Shown: positions 11,941 through 24,696 of the stretch, one piece after another
Numbering within the stretch: the stretch's first letter is position 1
How the letters are laid out: each line of letters opens with the position of its first letter
Source: Nemertoderma westbladi
Lineage: Eukaryota > Animalia > Xenacoelomorpha
Assembly: GCA_032718475.1 (NCBI GenBank)
Contig: JAUCBJ010008638.1
Location: forward strand, 1 to 64,000
Length of the DNA stretch: 64,000 bases
Direction of reading: 5' to 3'
Notes under the pieces: generated by a model
Seen by the model: the letters and a program-made list of their open reading frames with translations, nothing else
The model's database searches: none
What the model was told of the DNA's origin: nothing
Position numbers and translations under genes: made by a program

Positions 11941-13328
11941 AAGTGGAACTAAACATTGGGCACATCCTTGAAAGTGAAACTAAACATTGGGCACATCCTT
12001 GAAAGCGGAACTAAACAATGGGTACATCCCTGAAAGTGAAACTAAACATTGGGCACATCCCTGAAAGCGGAACTCAACATTGGGCACATCCTTGCTGAAA
12101 GTGGAACTCTAACTCAACATTGGGCACATCCTTGCAGAAAGTGGAACTAAACATTGGGCACATACCTGAAAGTGGAACTGAACATTGGGCACATCCCTGA
12201 AAATGGAACTCAACATTGGGCACATCCTTGCTGAAAGTGGAACTCAACATTAGGCACATCCTTGCTGAAAGTGGATCTCAACATTGGGCACATCCTTGCT
12301 GAAAGTGGAACTAAACATTGGGCACATCCCTGAAAGTGGAACTCAACATTGGGAACATCCTCGCTGAAAGTGGAACTACACATTGGGCACATCCCTGAAA
12401 GTGGAACTGAACATTGGGCACTTCCTTACTGAAAGTAGAACTGAACATTGGGTACATCACTGAAAGTATAACTGAACATTGGGCACATCGTTACTGAAAA
12501 TGGAACTGAACATTGTGCACATCCTTACTGAAAGTGGAACTGAACATTGGGCACATCCCCTGGAAGTGGAACTGAACATTGGGCACATCCCTGAAAGTGG
12601 AACTGAACATTGGGCACATCCTTACTGAAAGTATAACTGAACATTGGGCACATCACTGAAAGTATAACTGAACATTGGGAACATCGTTACTGAAAATGGA
12701 ACTGAACATTGGGCACATCCTTACTGAAAGTGGAACTGAACATTGGGCACATCCCCTGCAAGTGGAACTGAACATTGGGCACATCCCTGAAATTAGAACT
12801 GAACATTGGGCACATCGTTACTGGAAGTGGAACTGAACATTGGGCACATCCCAGAAAGTGGAACTGAACATTGGGCACATCCTTATTGAAAGTGGAACTG
12901 AACATTGGTCACAGCATTACTGAAAGTGGAACTGAACATTGGGCACATACTTATTGAAAGTGGAACTGAACATTGGGCACATCGTTACTGGAAGTGGAAC
13001 TGAACATTGGGCACATCCCTGAAAGTAGAACTGAGCATTGGGCACATCGTTACTGGAAGTGGAACTGAACATTGGGCACATCCCTGAAAGTAGAACTGAA
13101 CATTGGGTACATCCCTGAAAGTAGAACTGAACATTGGGCACATCGTTACTGGAAGTGGAACTGAACATTGGGTACATCCTTATTGAAAGTGGAAATTAAT
13201 ATGGGCACATCCTTACTGAAAGTGGAACTGAACATTGGGCACATCCTTGAAAGTGGAACTGAACATTAGGCACATCCCTGGAAGTATAACTGAACATTGG
13301 GCACATCGTTACTGGAAGTGGAACTGAA
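11941..13328. repeat. 31/34-bp tandem minisatellite, about 40 copies
   Basis: Unit gaaagtggaact(g/a/c)aacattgggcacatcc(c/ttac)t with interspersed 31- and 34-bp variants. Confidence 0.95.
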
Positions 13329-13410
13329 ATAAATACTGAAATTCACAAACGGCTAACCACCCCTCGCATTAATTTAAACACTTATATATCCACAATGTTT
13401 TAGCTGATAA

Positions 13411-15928
13411 GGGGGGGGGGGGGGGGGGGGGGTATAGTAATTTTGGTAAAAAATTTGCTTTTTTTTATAATTTCATCAAGAGCAGAATTTTATGAGGATT
13501 TTAAATCTGAAAACGGTTTGGCGAGATCTATTTAACTTCTCGAGTTGTGGCGGATTTTCTACCATATGTCGGTCTGTCTGATCAAAATTATTATAAAGCG
13601 CCTGTCGGTTTGCCTGACGTAGTCTAAGAAAGCACTCCATATACTACTATAACTATAGCTACTATAACTATAACTTTTGTTACCGTGTTTTAATTCGGTA
13701 ACTTAATTTCCCGTGTCAGTTCTAATATTTTGCAGAATCTAGACTGCTATATGTCTGTCTGTACATTTGTCTGTCTGTCGGTCAGTCTCTCGAAATGTAA
13801 GCAAGCACACAACCCAGCTAAAATTTCCGTTCTAAGGGTTTTCTTGGTCAGAGATTTCATTTCTGAAGTCAGTTTTTGCATTTGACGACGTTGTGTCTGT
13901 CTTTGTGGATGTCGGTCTGTCAGTCAGTCTGTCAACATATTACTGACAGTCGGATAACCAAACATACAGTTTGGCTGACATCAACGAAAAAACTGTCATT
14001 GGAAATGAAATCACCATCCAAAAAAACCCTAACAGAAAAATTTTTGTCTAAGTGAAAACTTGTGAATATTGTGAAAACTGAAATAAAAGTAGCGTTTTAT
14101 TCCATAGTGGAGAAAGGTTAACTTTTCTTAATAGTAATAAAAAGTTAACATCTATCCTCTAGTAAATTATTTCAGAACTACTTATTTTGTTTTGTATTAG
14201 TCTTAATTCAAGTTTCATGTTAGTCATATGTGTAATACTCAAGGTGTACTAAATAACAGGTCATGCAGCGAGAATTGGTCTCCAATTATTGGAGGCTGAA
14301 AAGTTGCATTAAATTTGGAAGGTCAACCAAACACTTTGAAGCACGCAACATTACTAAAATTACCCCTATGGGGGTTTTCGAAGTCCGTGCTTCCATTTCC
14401 AATACCAGTTTCTATTTTTGACGGTATTTAGAATGTATGTTTGTCTGTCTGTCTGTAAAAAAAATAAGGAAACACCTCACCTAGATAAAATATTCATTAT
14501 AGGGGTTTTCATGGTTGCTGTATTCATTTCCGATGTTATTTTTCATGTTGGATGGAATCTGTTTAAATATTTATCCTATCACCATAGCTACAGAGAGTCT
14601 GGCAGTACATCAGAAATAATGGACAAATATGCTGCCTAGATTCGAAGACATAATGGAAACTGTCATTGGAAATGAAATCAGCGACCAGGAAAACCCATAT
14701 AATGAACATTTTAGCTACATGGTGGGCTTCCTTATTTTTTGACAGACAGACAGACATACAAACCGTCAAACAGACCTACAGACAGTCCAGATTCCGTCCA
14801 ACATGAAAACTAACATCGGAAATGAATTAAGCGACCTTGAAAACCCCTATAATGAACATTTTATCTAGGTTAGGTGTTTCCTTATTTTTTTACAAACACA
14901 CAGACAGACAGACAAACAGATATTCTAAATACCGTCAAAAATAGAAACTGGTATTGGAAATGGGAGCACCGACTTCGAAAACCCGCATAGGGGTAATTTT
15001 AGTAATGTTGCGTGCTTCAAAGTGTTTGGTTGACCTTCCAAATTTAATGCAACTTTTGAGCCTCCAATAATTGGAGGCCAATTCTTGCTGCATGACCTGT
15101 TATTTTAGTACACCTTGGTAATACTCTAATATTCTAATAAGAAAGTAATATTTATTCTATAAATAAGACTTCTCTTAATTTATCGTGCTGCGCGAAGGCT
15201 TTCTTTCATCCTGCTAAATTTTGTTAAAATCAATTTTGTTATGTTGCCAATTTGGTTTTGTTTGTTACTTTTATTAGGTACAAATTCGAAAAATACTACA
15301 AAGGAAAAGGGAAAAAAATACATATTACTAAAAATGGCGGGAAGGTTTGAATTATTATAACCGAACTTTAAAGCATATATTTTTATATATTTTTGAACAT
15401 ATTAAAAAATGGGAAACAGTTTTCTCCGCCATTTGTGAACGGATTTTCAATCCGTTTTTTGTTTTGGAATGCTCAGAAACTGTGCGATAAAACGAACGAA
15501 CAGAATTTTGAAAAAAAAATTAGAAAAAAGTTATGAATTTTTCATCGCAACGTCACAAAATTTGATATAATTCCAAAACTGTGAGGTCTAGAAAAATTAT
15601 GCTCGTTCACTTTGATGCGGGTATAATATATATAATATATGCGGGTATAATTCTCATTAAAACAAAAAAAGAATTTTAAAAATCTATAGAGAACTAAATA
15701 AGAAATAGTGTTTCTACTGTTTCGTAAGTTGTCCTCATTAATTATGTTAATTTATGCATAATTAAGCCAATTACGTTAATTATTGTGTATTTTTTTTGTC
15801 AAGTTAATGAACCATCTTTTAGCTTTGAAATGGGACTATATTCAAGGAAAAGCATTCATATCTTCAAAAGTTACACGCTGAATACATAAATCGATGTAAA
15901 ATTACTATACCCCCCCCCCCCCCCCCCC
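13411..15928. mobile_element. Non-autonomous DNA transposon with poly-G/poly-C TIRs (TAA/TTAA target; Kolobok- or PIF-like)
   Basis: Left end taa-G(23)-tatagtaatttt; right end aaaattactata-C(19)-ttaa; no ORF. Confidence 0.65.
14238..15118. mobile_element. Tc1/mariner-type fold-back MITE nested in the previous element
   Basis: TA-ctCAAGGTGTACTAAA ... TTTAGTACACCTTGg-TA; about 300-bp inverted arms. Confidence 0.85.
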
Positions 15929-16248
15929 TTAATTTGGGGACCGCTAGAATACTGAATACAACGGCTGTGACATAATATTAACGAAAAACACTTTCAATCG
16001 AAACAGTTGCCATGGCTTAGCCAGCCGTTTATTTATAAGCTAATAAGATTCCTGTTACTATCTGTTACCCTTTGCCTATATATTTTATTATTGTAGTATA
16101 AAGTAGCCCTGCACTCATTGAAAAATAACATGACAAGACAATTAATATATACAAACTAATCTAATGATTTACGGTACCTGAAATCAATTAGAAATACAGA
16201 GTTCTTACAGGAAAGACACGAAAAGAACACATTGCAATGGGTTTATCT

Positions 16249-16926
16249 TTATAGTTCTATTTTGGCGTCGAGTTCAATGTCCGATAGGTCAATATCCTCA
16301 TCGACGGGCAGCTGGCCATCCTTTCCGTCCCAAGGTTCGATCACATCGATTGTTGGCAGGGCGTCGCCTTTCACCGGCTCCGTACGCCCCCTACCGGCAG
16401 CCAAGGTGCGCAGGAAGTCATTAATACCCTCCTCACTGAAGGAGCCTTTGAGCAAGGCGTACTTCATCTTCCTTGCGTTGACGGTCGCCATGGCCGGATA
16501 CCCGAATCCACCGATGCCCAGGGCCGTCTCCAACCCCGGCTGACTGCCTGCCTCGGCCCACACCCAACCCCATTGTCGCGCCTTGTATTTATCCCCCAAT
16601 TCCCGGAGGGTCGCTAGATAGGCGTTCCGACCGGTTGCCATAGAGTCGAGAATGTGCGGGAGGATGGCGACGACGCACAGCTGGTGTTCGAGACACGCGG
16701 CCTTTAGGACGTCCTCGTTGAGCAGCTGATTGACCTCGGGGGCCGGTAGGTTTACCGCCGCCTTGTCGTTGGCCCAGGTAACGATGGACGCGGCGTCCCT
16801 ACCCCCGTCGTAGTCAACCGGTTGGTCCTTGTTACCGAGGAATGCTTTAATCGTTGGGTAACCTTGGACACCATAACGACTAGCCATCACCGTGTGCACA
16901 GTGGCATCCAATGCGCCGAGCTTCAC
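16249..16926 (-). CDS. PDIA6: Protein disulfide-isomerase A6 (P5), coding exon 2
   Basis: Acceptor ttgttgcag|GTGAAG. Reads [42 protein letters not shown], an acidic tail and C-terminal KIEL (KDEL-like). Confidence 0.93.
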   Translation of the reverse strand: MKLGALDATVHTVMASRYGVQGYPTIKAFLGNKDQPVDYDGGRDAASIVTWANDKAAVNLPAPEVNQLLNEDVLKAACLEHQLCVVAILPHILDSMATGRNAYLATLRELGDKYKARQWGWVWAEAGSQPGLETALGIGGFGYPAMATVNARKMKYALLKGSFSEEGINDFLRTLAAGRGRTEPVKGDALPTIDVIEPWDGKDGQLPVDEDIDLSDIELDAKIEL

Positions 16927-17300
16927 CTGCAACAACAACACGTATATTAATTGAATTTGAATGTTAGATTTATTAGTGTTATATAATATTACCTTCACTG
17001 CTGTGGAAGTAATTACTTGGAAACTAAATATAAACGTTACCGTTAGTTGGGAATATCGTGAGACTTAGATGAAAATTGTCATAGAAGGTGCTAAGGTTCA
17101 TCATAAGGTAAATTAGCAAGTGGTTCTGGTTCTGAAATGAATCTGGCTAGATAAAATATAAAAAAATAAAATAAATATAAAAATACAATAAGAAAATTCC
17201 TGAAAATTGCAAGGTTATGCCTAACAAGCTCCAAATCGGTCAAAGGTACGCGTCCACTCTACTAACGCATGAACCTACCTAATACAGTACCAAAAATTCA

Positions 17301-17379
17301 CCGGAAACTGGGATTTAACTCGGCACCTAGCAGTCTAGAGATTCAAAGTACAACGCTCTACTAACTTCGCCACTGCGCC
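17301..17379 (-). mobile_element. Degenerate tRNA-derived SINE head inside the PDIA6 intron
   Basis: Minus strand ggcgcagtggcgaagttagtagagcg (A box) ... gagttaaatccc (B-box-like). Confidence 0.45.
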
Positions 17380-17501
17380 GTATGATACCTTATAAAACTA
17401 AAACCTAATTGGAAATTAACAACAATAACATATAAAGGGTTTGATATCGAGTTTGTTATTTATTACTACAACGAGAAACCGTTTGCGACATTTTATCTTA
17501 C

Positions 17502-18131
17502 CTTTCCTTTGAGGTCCTTGGCTGCCGACTTCCATTCGGGTTCTAACCGTTTACAGTGGCCGCACCACGGTGCGAAGAACTCAACCAACCACAGATCGTT
17601 CGATTTCAGAACCTTACTCTCGAAATTTGCGTCTGTCAATTCGACGACATCTGAACCCCCAGTACCGGAACCTTTTTCTCCGGACCCACCCCCAGACGAA
17701 CCCGAACTCTTCCCCCCTCCCAGCCGTTCCTTCACGAGATGTTGTACCATAGTAACCGCGTGGTCTGCGAGTCCCTGGGCTGTGCGGGCTCCGTTGTAAT
17801 CTGTCGGTTTCCCGCCTTTAAACACCTTGATAGTGGGGAAACCTTTGATTCCGTATGGTTGTCCGACACTGGCGTGGTCGTCCATATTAACAGCACCAAA
17901 TTTGACTATCCCTTTAGTAGCATCGGCCGCCTTTATCCATTCCGGCGCCAGATTCTTGCAATGCCCGCACCACGGAGCGTAGAACTCAACCATCCATATG
18001 TCGTCGCTGTCCAAAACTTTGCCCTTAAAAGTTTGTTGTGTAAGTTCGTGGACGTTGGGTGTCGTGGTGTAAAATGAGTCTGTGAATGGCAGAGCGCAGG
18101 CGGCCAGGATTAATAGTCCAAAAGATAACAT
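17502..18131 (-). CDS. PDIA6: Protein disulfide-isomerase A6 (P5), coding exon 1
   Basis: Signal peptide MLSFGLLILAACALP, two WCGHC thioredoxin sites and a Gly/Ser linker. Donor AAG|GTAAGA opens a phase-0 575-bp intron; the spliced product is 435 aa. Confidence 0.93.
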
Positions 18132-20151
18132 ATTGCAACTTGTCAATTGTTTACACTAAGTTCACACTTATCTGCAAATACCGGTACAGAAGCTACGCCT
18201 ACCGGTGTATAAGATAATTTCCACCCCCACTAAAAATGAACCTCCCGGTCGGGTTAGAATTCCCTACTGGTAGTGTATTTTCACTCTCGGTTAGAATTCA
18301 CTTCTGCACTAGGGTGGGGTAGGCCTATTTTAACCGGGGGTGAAATTACTCTGAGTGATTTTTTTAGTGAAATTTACCGGCCCTCATTTGTTCTTACCCC
18401 CGTGATATTTTAAATTTCAATATTAATTTAAATTCAATATAGGCCTAAGCCTACAGTCCACAGTCTGACATTTAAGCGAACAGGCGACCACGAGCCACGA
18501 CCACAGAATAGAAACCTCTATATACTGTTCCTAGAACTGCTGAACTGTAGAACATAGACTAGAAAAACACACCTGCACACGCTGGAAATTTGTATATAGT
18601 AACTTGGTAACTGAGTAAAGTACTGAAGTAGGCTACTACATACTATAGACTGATAGACTGGGCTTTAACAGCTTGAGGAAGTCACATCAACACATGGCCA
18701 ATATATATAGGCCCTATTTAATAAGGTCAGAAGGTGGGAATGGGGAACATGGGCTTTTCACTAGACAGAAAGAGGAAGGCTGTATGATTTCTGATTTCTA
18801 TATAACAGTATACAGGTATAAGGCTCTATCACACTATACTGCAGTACTGCCTGACTGCTATATATATATATTTATTGATAATACCGGTAATCACAACTAC
18901 CAGTAGGGCCTACATTTTACAAAAACAGCACAGAAAATATAATCCAGTAATCATATACTGAAAATTATCCAAAAAAGTAATCCTTACCTTACAACATTTC
19001 CAAAAAGACGTCCATTGGACGTTGGGCCCACCCTACTTACCTTTTACCTATGGATGCAATTTTATAAAAAAAAACCCTATCTACATAATTACACAGGCTT
19101 ACACTGTACATAGTTCTTAGACCCAAAAAGATTCCCAATACTCGCAAAACACAGATTGCAGATGGTTTCCCCCCTCAATGACTCAGTACCGGTAATACTA
19201 CAGGCGACATTTCAGGACTAACGTGTTTCAGGGCCTCCACCTGTACTGTACCGGTATGTAGGTAGTTCTGCAGTTGTACAGTAGTACTGGTGCGGTGCAG
19301 TGTTCTGTAACCCGCTCCTTTCCCTCAATTCAATTGGTAAAGTGACCGTTTATTTTTTTGGTTAGAAACGCCTGCTCTGCTGCTTCTGTAACCTGCTCCT
19401 TTCAGCCTTTCCCTCAATTGGTTTATGACGTGTGTTACTTATATTACTGTATTAGGAATTAGGTTCCTGTATGAAGTTCAAATTTCAACTGAGTTGAAAT
19501 TTAAAACTTTTTTTTATAAATTTACCTTTTAAGTTGTAAATTCTGAAATTCAACTCTAAAATGGCAGGAGGCCCAGAAGTGCCCCAAGAGGCTACATGCC
19601 TATGCCAGTATGCAGCTATGGAAAACATACAGCGCTATATTACTTGGCTGTCCCTCGGCACCTTGGGTAACGTAATGACTTCGTCCGTTTACTGGTTTAA
19701 TAGCCTACTGTAATGTAATACCGGTAGCTGAATAGCCCTACTCATGCTACTGCTTAATGCGGTACCTGTAAATGCAGTACCCGGTACTGCAGTAGCAGAC
19801 TGCAGGACTGTGGCAACTCAGCCACTACTCCAGCTGTCATGTCTAGTAGCCTACCGCCCTACCGGTACTCTACTACCAGCTACTACTAGTAGTTTGTCAC
19901 TGCCTGACTCCTGACTGTAGCACTGTGGGTACCGGAAACCGGTACCGGTACCTGGGTACCGTACAGCGTACGGTCTGACGGTATACGAACGTAACAACTA
20001 ACAAACAATTCCAATTCTGTAATTGCAGAATTACATACGAACAAACGCACAAAACACCACACCAGCAATTAATAATTGTCCAAATTAAATCCGGATAGCA
20101 GCTATCAGTGTAGCGATCAGCCCACAGTTTGTTCCAGCACTTGCCAATATT

Positions 20152-20170
20152 CGTGGATGTATTTGATTGG
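20152..20170 (-). promoter_or_regulatory. ER stress response element (ERSE, CCAAT-N9-CCACG) upstream of PDIA6
   Basis: Minus strand CCAAT-caaatacat-CCACG is an exact consensus match; extra CCAAT boxes at about 20144, 20192 and 20235. Confidence 0.7.
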
Positions 20171-20386
20171 GTAGAATCTTTTATGTATCTGCCAATCCTA
20201 GGAACAAGATTGAATATAAAACTGGCAACTGTTCATTGGTTGAAATTGTTCTTCTTCAAATGAACATCAAATAAAGGTTGTAAGATAATGTGGGGCGAGC
20301 CACGATGTTGATGGAGCCCTACAGCCCTAGCGAACTGACACTGTTACTGTGTGTGTGGGGGGGGGGGGGGGATGTCCTTTTGTAGC

Positions 20387-20603
20387 TTGTAGGACATTGG
20401 TTTCATCGCCGTGAGGACCTGCCAGTGCGTAATCTTGTGCTTTGGTGGCTTGATGGAGTGAATAATAAGTATGGTGGACAACCTATGACTTTTTGAGACA
20501 CCTTTTAAAGGAGAAATGGCCTTGAATATGCGGATGATCGCAAATGTCATTGGTGATAGGGAGTTGTAGCGGCGCAATTTTGTCGACAAGCCGGCACAGC
20601 ATT
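20387..20603 (+). pseudogene. Decayed 3' fragment of the same RTE family as 29-1190
   Basis: Aligns by eye to about 920-1133 (ggacattg..cgccgtgaggac..gcaaatgtcat..gacaagccggcacagcatt) with indels. Confidence 0.85.
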
Positions 20604-20774
20604 GGTAATTGTATAGTATTCCAGTACTTATACTGCCTTCTGAATTCTGTACTGCCCTTTTCATCTAGGCCTAATGCTTGGTTTGCTCTTCTTATAATAT
20701 CTGAATACACATACGTTATACTTGACCGCATGTCACTCCATTATTAATGCGCAGCCCCACATATACATTCGTCA

Positions 20775-20786
20775 TGGCGCAGCGTT
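20775..20786 (+). promoter_or_regulatory. Primer-binding site of the Gypsy element
   Basis: TGGCGCAGCG immediately after the CA end of the LTR remnant and about 70 bp before the gag ATG. Confidence 0.6.
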
Positions 20787-20842
20787 TCTGAACACGCGGA
20801 TAATCCGGACCCACCGACGTCCATTTAACTACCGCACCCGAC

Positions 20843-23800
20843 ATGGCGACGGACCCACGCAACCCCCACATCTTCGTCCTGCGCAGCTCCCCACCCGCAT
20901 TCGACATCGAATCCGAAAGGACAACTTGGGAACTATGGAAAGATGAATGGGACGCCTTCCTCGCCACCTCGGGTCTTCTCAACCTGTACGTGTCCGACCC
21001 GGCTACACCTCCAGTCGCCGTTGTAACCGAAGACCTCAACCGATCCACTCTCCGTCTACGCCGCGCTGCCCTCACAACAGCGTTCTCTCGCGCGACTAAC
21101 GCCGTCGTCAAGGGGCTCGCCCTTACCGCAGCGGAAAACGCGAACTCGGAGACCGTGATTAACCGGTTGGGTCAGCACATCGACGGCGGAACCAACAAAC
21201 GCGTTTACCGTCAACAGCTGGCCCGACGCCACCGTCTTCCGGAAGAGAGTCCGGAATCGTTCCTCGTTGCCCTACGCGATATAGCTACCAAGTGCGACTT
21301 CGCCCCCCTCGCAACCAAGGAAGCCCACACGGAGGACCGCCTCCTGGACCAATTCACGTCCGGATTCGTCGATAAGGAGGTTACCGAGCAACTCCTGCGG
21401 CTTCCTAACGACTGCACCCTCGGCGACGCACTCCGACTAGCACAAGCCGTCTGGGCAGCCCGCAAAGACGCGGCATCCCTTGCCCACCCCTCGCCCATTC
21501 CTTCTGCAGTCGCCAGTCGCATCGGAGCGACACCGCGACGCACGCAGCCACCGCCCAAGGAACGGTTGAACTCGAAGTGCCAGCAATGTGGATATCCCCC
21601 TCACCTGGCAGGTAAACGTTGCCCGGGTGCTGCGGCGCACTGCCGGCACTGCAACCTGGTCGGCCACTACGACCGCATGTGCCGCAACCGCCCCACTCAC
21701 AACCCAAAGACAAACTCAACCGATTGGGTACCAGACAATGCCCGGAATGCCCCAGAGTCCGCCAGCCACGCCCAAATATGGTCGACAATCCTGGAGGGAC
21801 TCGACTTTGGAGCCATCCCAGCCGTCTCCGCCACCGAGAGACTCGAATCCCTAGAGACAGTGACCATCGGATTCCAGGTCACCAAGAACCCCTCACACGG
21901 AATCCCCGAACTCCAATTCCTGCCCGATTCTGGAGCTAATGTGTCCACTATCCCATGGCGAACCTTCAGGGCGTTCGGTGGTCGCCTCGAGAACCTCCGC
22001 CACCCCGACGGCGAACCAATGACGAACCACCGAGACTCCGATACACCTCAGGCCCCCCGCCTTGCCAATGGGAGCCGCGATGGGTGGTCGCTTAAAGGCA
22101 TATTTAACGCCACACTTCGATGCGCCACCCTCGGAACTGTCTGCACTACAGACCTGTGGGTTCTCGATGGACTCCAACAGCCCCTCCTCTCCCGACGGGC
22201 GTGCTTCACCTTGGGCATCCTGCGGAGCCCGATACTCCGCGGTGGCGACCTCACGGCGACAACGAACTACTCATATTCAGAGCAAACCAAGCCCACTGCA
22301 ACGCCGTTACCAACCAAAGCCACCAATAAACCGGCACCGACCGGGCCAGCCATCGCCCCGATAACGCCGGCCACCCCCCCGCCCTCCTCTACCGATCCAC
22401 AAGCCACCACCATACCCCCAGTGGCGTCCGCCAACGCCGACTGGGAAGCGCTCGAACGCCGCTTTCCCCGCCCACTCTCAGGGCAGTGTCGCATAATGAC
22501 CGGCGGGGAAATAACAATCAAACTCATCCCTGGCGCCCGACCTAACCAATGCTACACTAATCGAACCATCCCCGTCAACATGGAGGCGGCATTCAACCAG
22601 GAACTCGACACCCAGATCGCCATGGGTATACTGGAACCCGCCGGAGACGAGAATAACCCGGGCGAGTGGCTCAGCCCGATGGTCGTCACACGCAAAAAGA
22701 GCGACCCCAACAAAGTTCGCATAACGGTCGATCTGCGCGAACTTAATAAAGCTACGGTTCGCCCGAGCTACTTCTCCGACTCCCCATTCCACGTCGTTTC
22801 CAAAATCCCAACCTCGGCCCGGTACTTTACCGTCCTCGATGGCCTGGAAGGGCTTCCACCAGGTGGGTCTCGACCTTGCCAGCCGCCGCCTCACTACCTT
22901 CGCCACCCCACGTGGCCGTTTCCGCTACCGGCGGATGCCCATGGGGTGGCACGGAAGCTCGGATGTGTTCAACGCGAGGATGGCCCGAGCACTCCATGGG
23001 ATTCCCGACATCGGACGGATCGTGGAGGATGTCATCATCCACACGGAGACAGCCGAACAACACCCGGAAGCAGTCGCTCGCGTTCTAGCAGCCTGCGACG
23101 CCGCCAACATATCAATAAACACGGACAAGGTCCAATACTGCCGCCCCGAAGTCCGCTTCGGAGGCTACCTCGTCAGTCACGGCAACTACCGGATCGACCC
23201 ATCCCTCACTGACGACCTCCGTAACTTTCCGGTTCCAACCAACCGTCGCGAACTTCAGGTCCTTCCTCGGCCTCGCACAACAGTTGGGAAACTCGACTCC
23301 GGAGATTTCCCAACTCGTCGAGCCACTGCGCAGCCTCAATACGGACCGCACCACCTGGGTTTGGCTGCCGCAACACCAGACCGCCTTCGAGTCCACCCGA
23401 TCAGCGCTGTCCAGCCCACTCTACCTCTCCGGCTTCCACCCCGACAGGAAAACCGAACTGCTGACAGACACCTCTCGACTCAATGGCCTTGGATTCCTCC
23501 TACGCCAATGCGACCCGACTCCAAACCGCTGGCTGACCATCCAGTGTGGCTCTCGGACCCTCGCCAAACACGAGGCTAACTGGTCCGGGATGGCCGAACT
23601 GGAGGCCCTCGGAGCGGCCTTGGCGGCACACAAGTGCCGCTACTTCCTGGATGGGCTAAACCACTTCGACCTCGTCACAGACTGTAGCCCCCTCATACCC
23701 ATCCGGAATGATAGACGGCTCGACCAGGTCTCAAATGACCGTCTCTTAAAATTAATAACGGCTCTATCGCGGTTTAACTTCACTGCCCGCCATCAGAAAG

Positions 23801-24696
23801 GATCCCGGCACCTCGTCGCCGACGCATTCTCCCGCTCGCCGCGAAATAAACCACTCCGGACGACCTCGTCCTCGCGGCCGACGACAACAACGACCGCGAG
23901 TTCATCGTCTCGGCGGCTCTCGCTGAGACAGCGCAGACACTCGACGCCCGCGACGCCCGACTCGACGAAATCCGAGCCGCCGGCGCCGTCGACCCGACCT
24001 ACTCGGCTCTCCTCGCCACGATCTGGGACGGCTGGCCGACGTCACGTCATAACATTACCAACGACGACCTGCGACCCTACTTCCAGCACCGCACAGACCT
24101 CATGGTACACGACGGCGTTATCCTCCACGGGCCGCGGATCTACATCCCGAAGGAACTCCGTTCAAACACCCTCCGACTACTCCACGCCGCCCACCAGGGC
24201 ATCAACAAGACCCGTGAGCGCGCAAGTCGGTCGGTCTGGTGGCCGACCATTTCGAACTACATTGCGGTCGCCATCGATAGCTGCCAATCCTGTCAGTCGT
24301 CACTACCGTCCCAAGCACCGGAACCCCTCCAACGGCACCCCAAGGCCACTCGGCCGTACCAAAGGGTCCACGCCGACCTATTCGTGGCGGACAGCACGAA
24401 CTACATGGTTGCTACCGACGAATACACCGGTTGGCCCACTTTGTTCCGACTTGGTTCTGATACAACTTCGGCTGCCATCATCATGAACCTCCGACGTCTA
24501 TTTCTAGCTACCGCCGTCCCCCAGGAGTTCCATCCCGATGGCGGCCCGCAGTTCGGTTCAGAGGCGGTGAGGACCTTCCTCAAAAACTGGGGGGTCCACT
24601 GCGACCCATCGTCCCCATACCTCCCCCGCACCAACGGCCGTGCCGAAGCCGCCGTGAAAGCGATGAAACGAATCGTTCGAGGGACCAATCACGGCG
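20843..24696 (+). pseudogene. Gypsy gag-pol polyprotein broken by three single-base frameshifts
   Basis: Frameshifts at about 22841 (LDAWKG), about 23259 (LQSFLG) and about 23851; cut off after the integrase core. Confidence 0.85.

Larger units (their letters stand above)
20731..24696 (+). mobile_element. Gypsy/Ty3 LTR retrotransposon (Mag/K02A2.6-like), 3'-truncated, frameshifted gag-pol
   Basis: LTR remnant ending ...TCA at 20774, then PBS TGGCGCAG. Gag has two zinc knuckles; protease LPDSGA; RT LDAWKGFHQ/RMPMG/IVEDV; RNase H LLTDTS..GLG; integrase HHCC, HADLF, DGGPQF, NGRAE. Order is RT-RH-IN. Confidence 0.92.

Noticed and set aside
12074-13177. Repetitive ORFs in satellites (also 25836-26333 and 31831-32155)
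   Set aside because: They are translations of tandem repeats with no coding signature.
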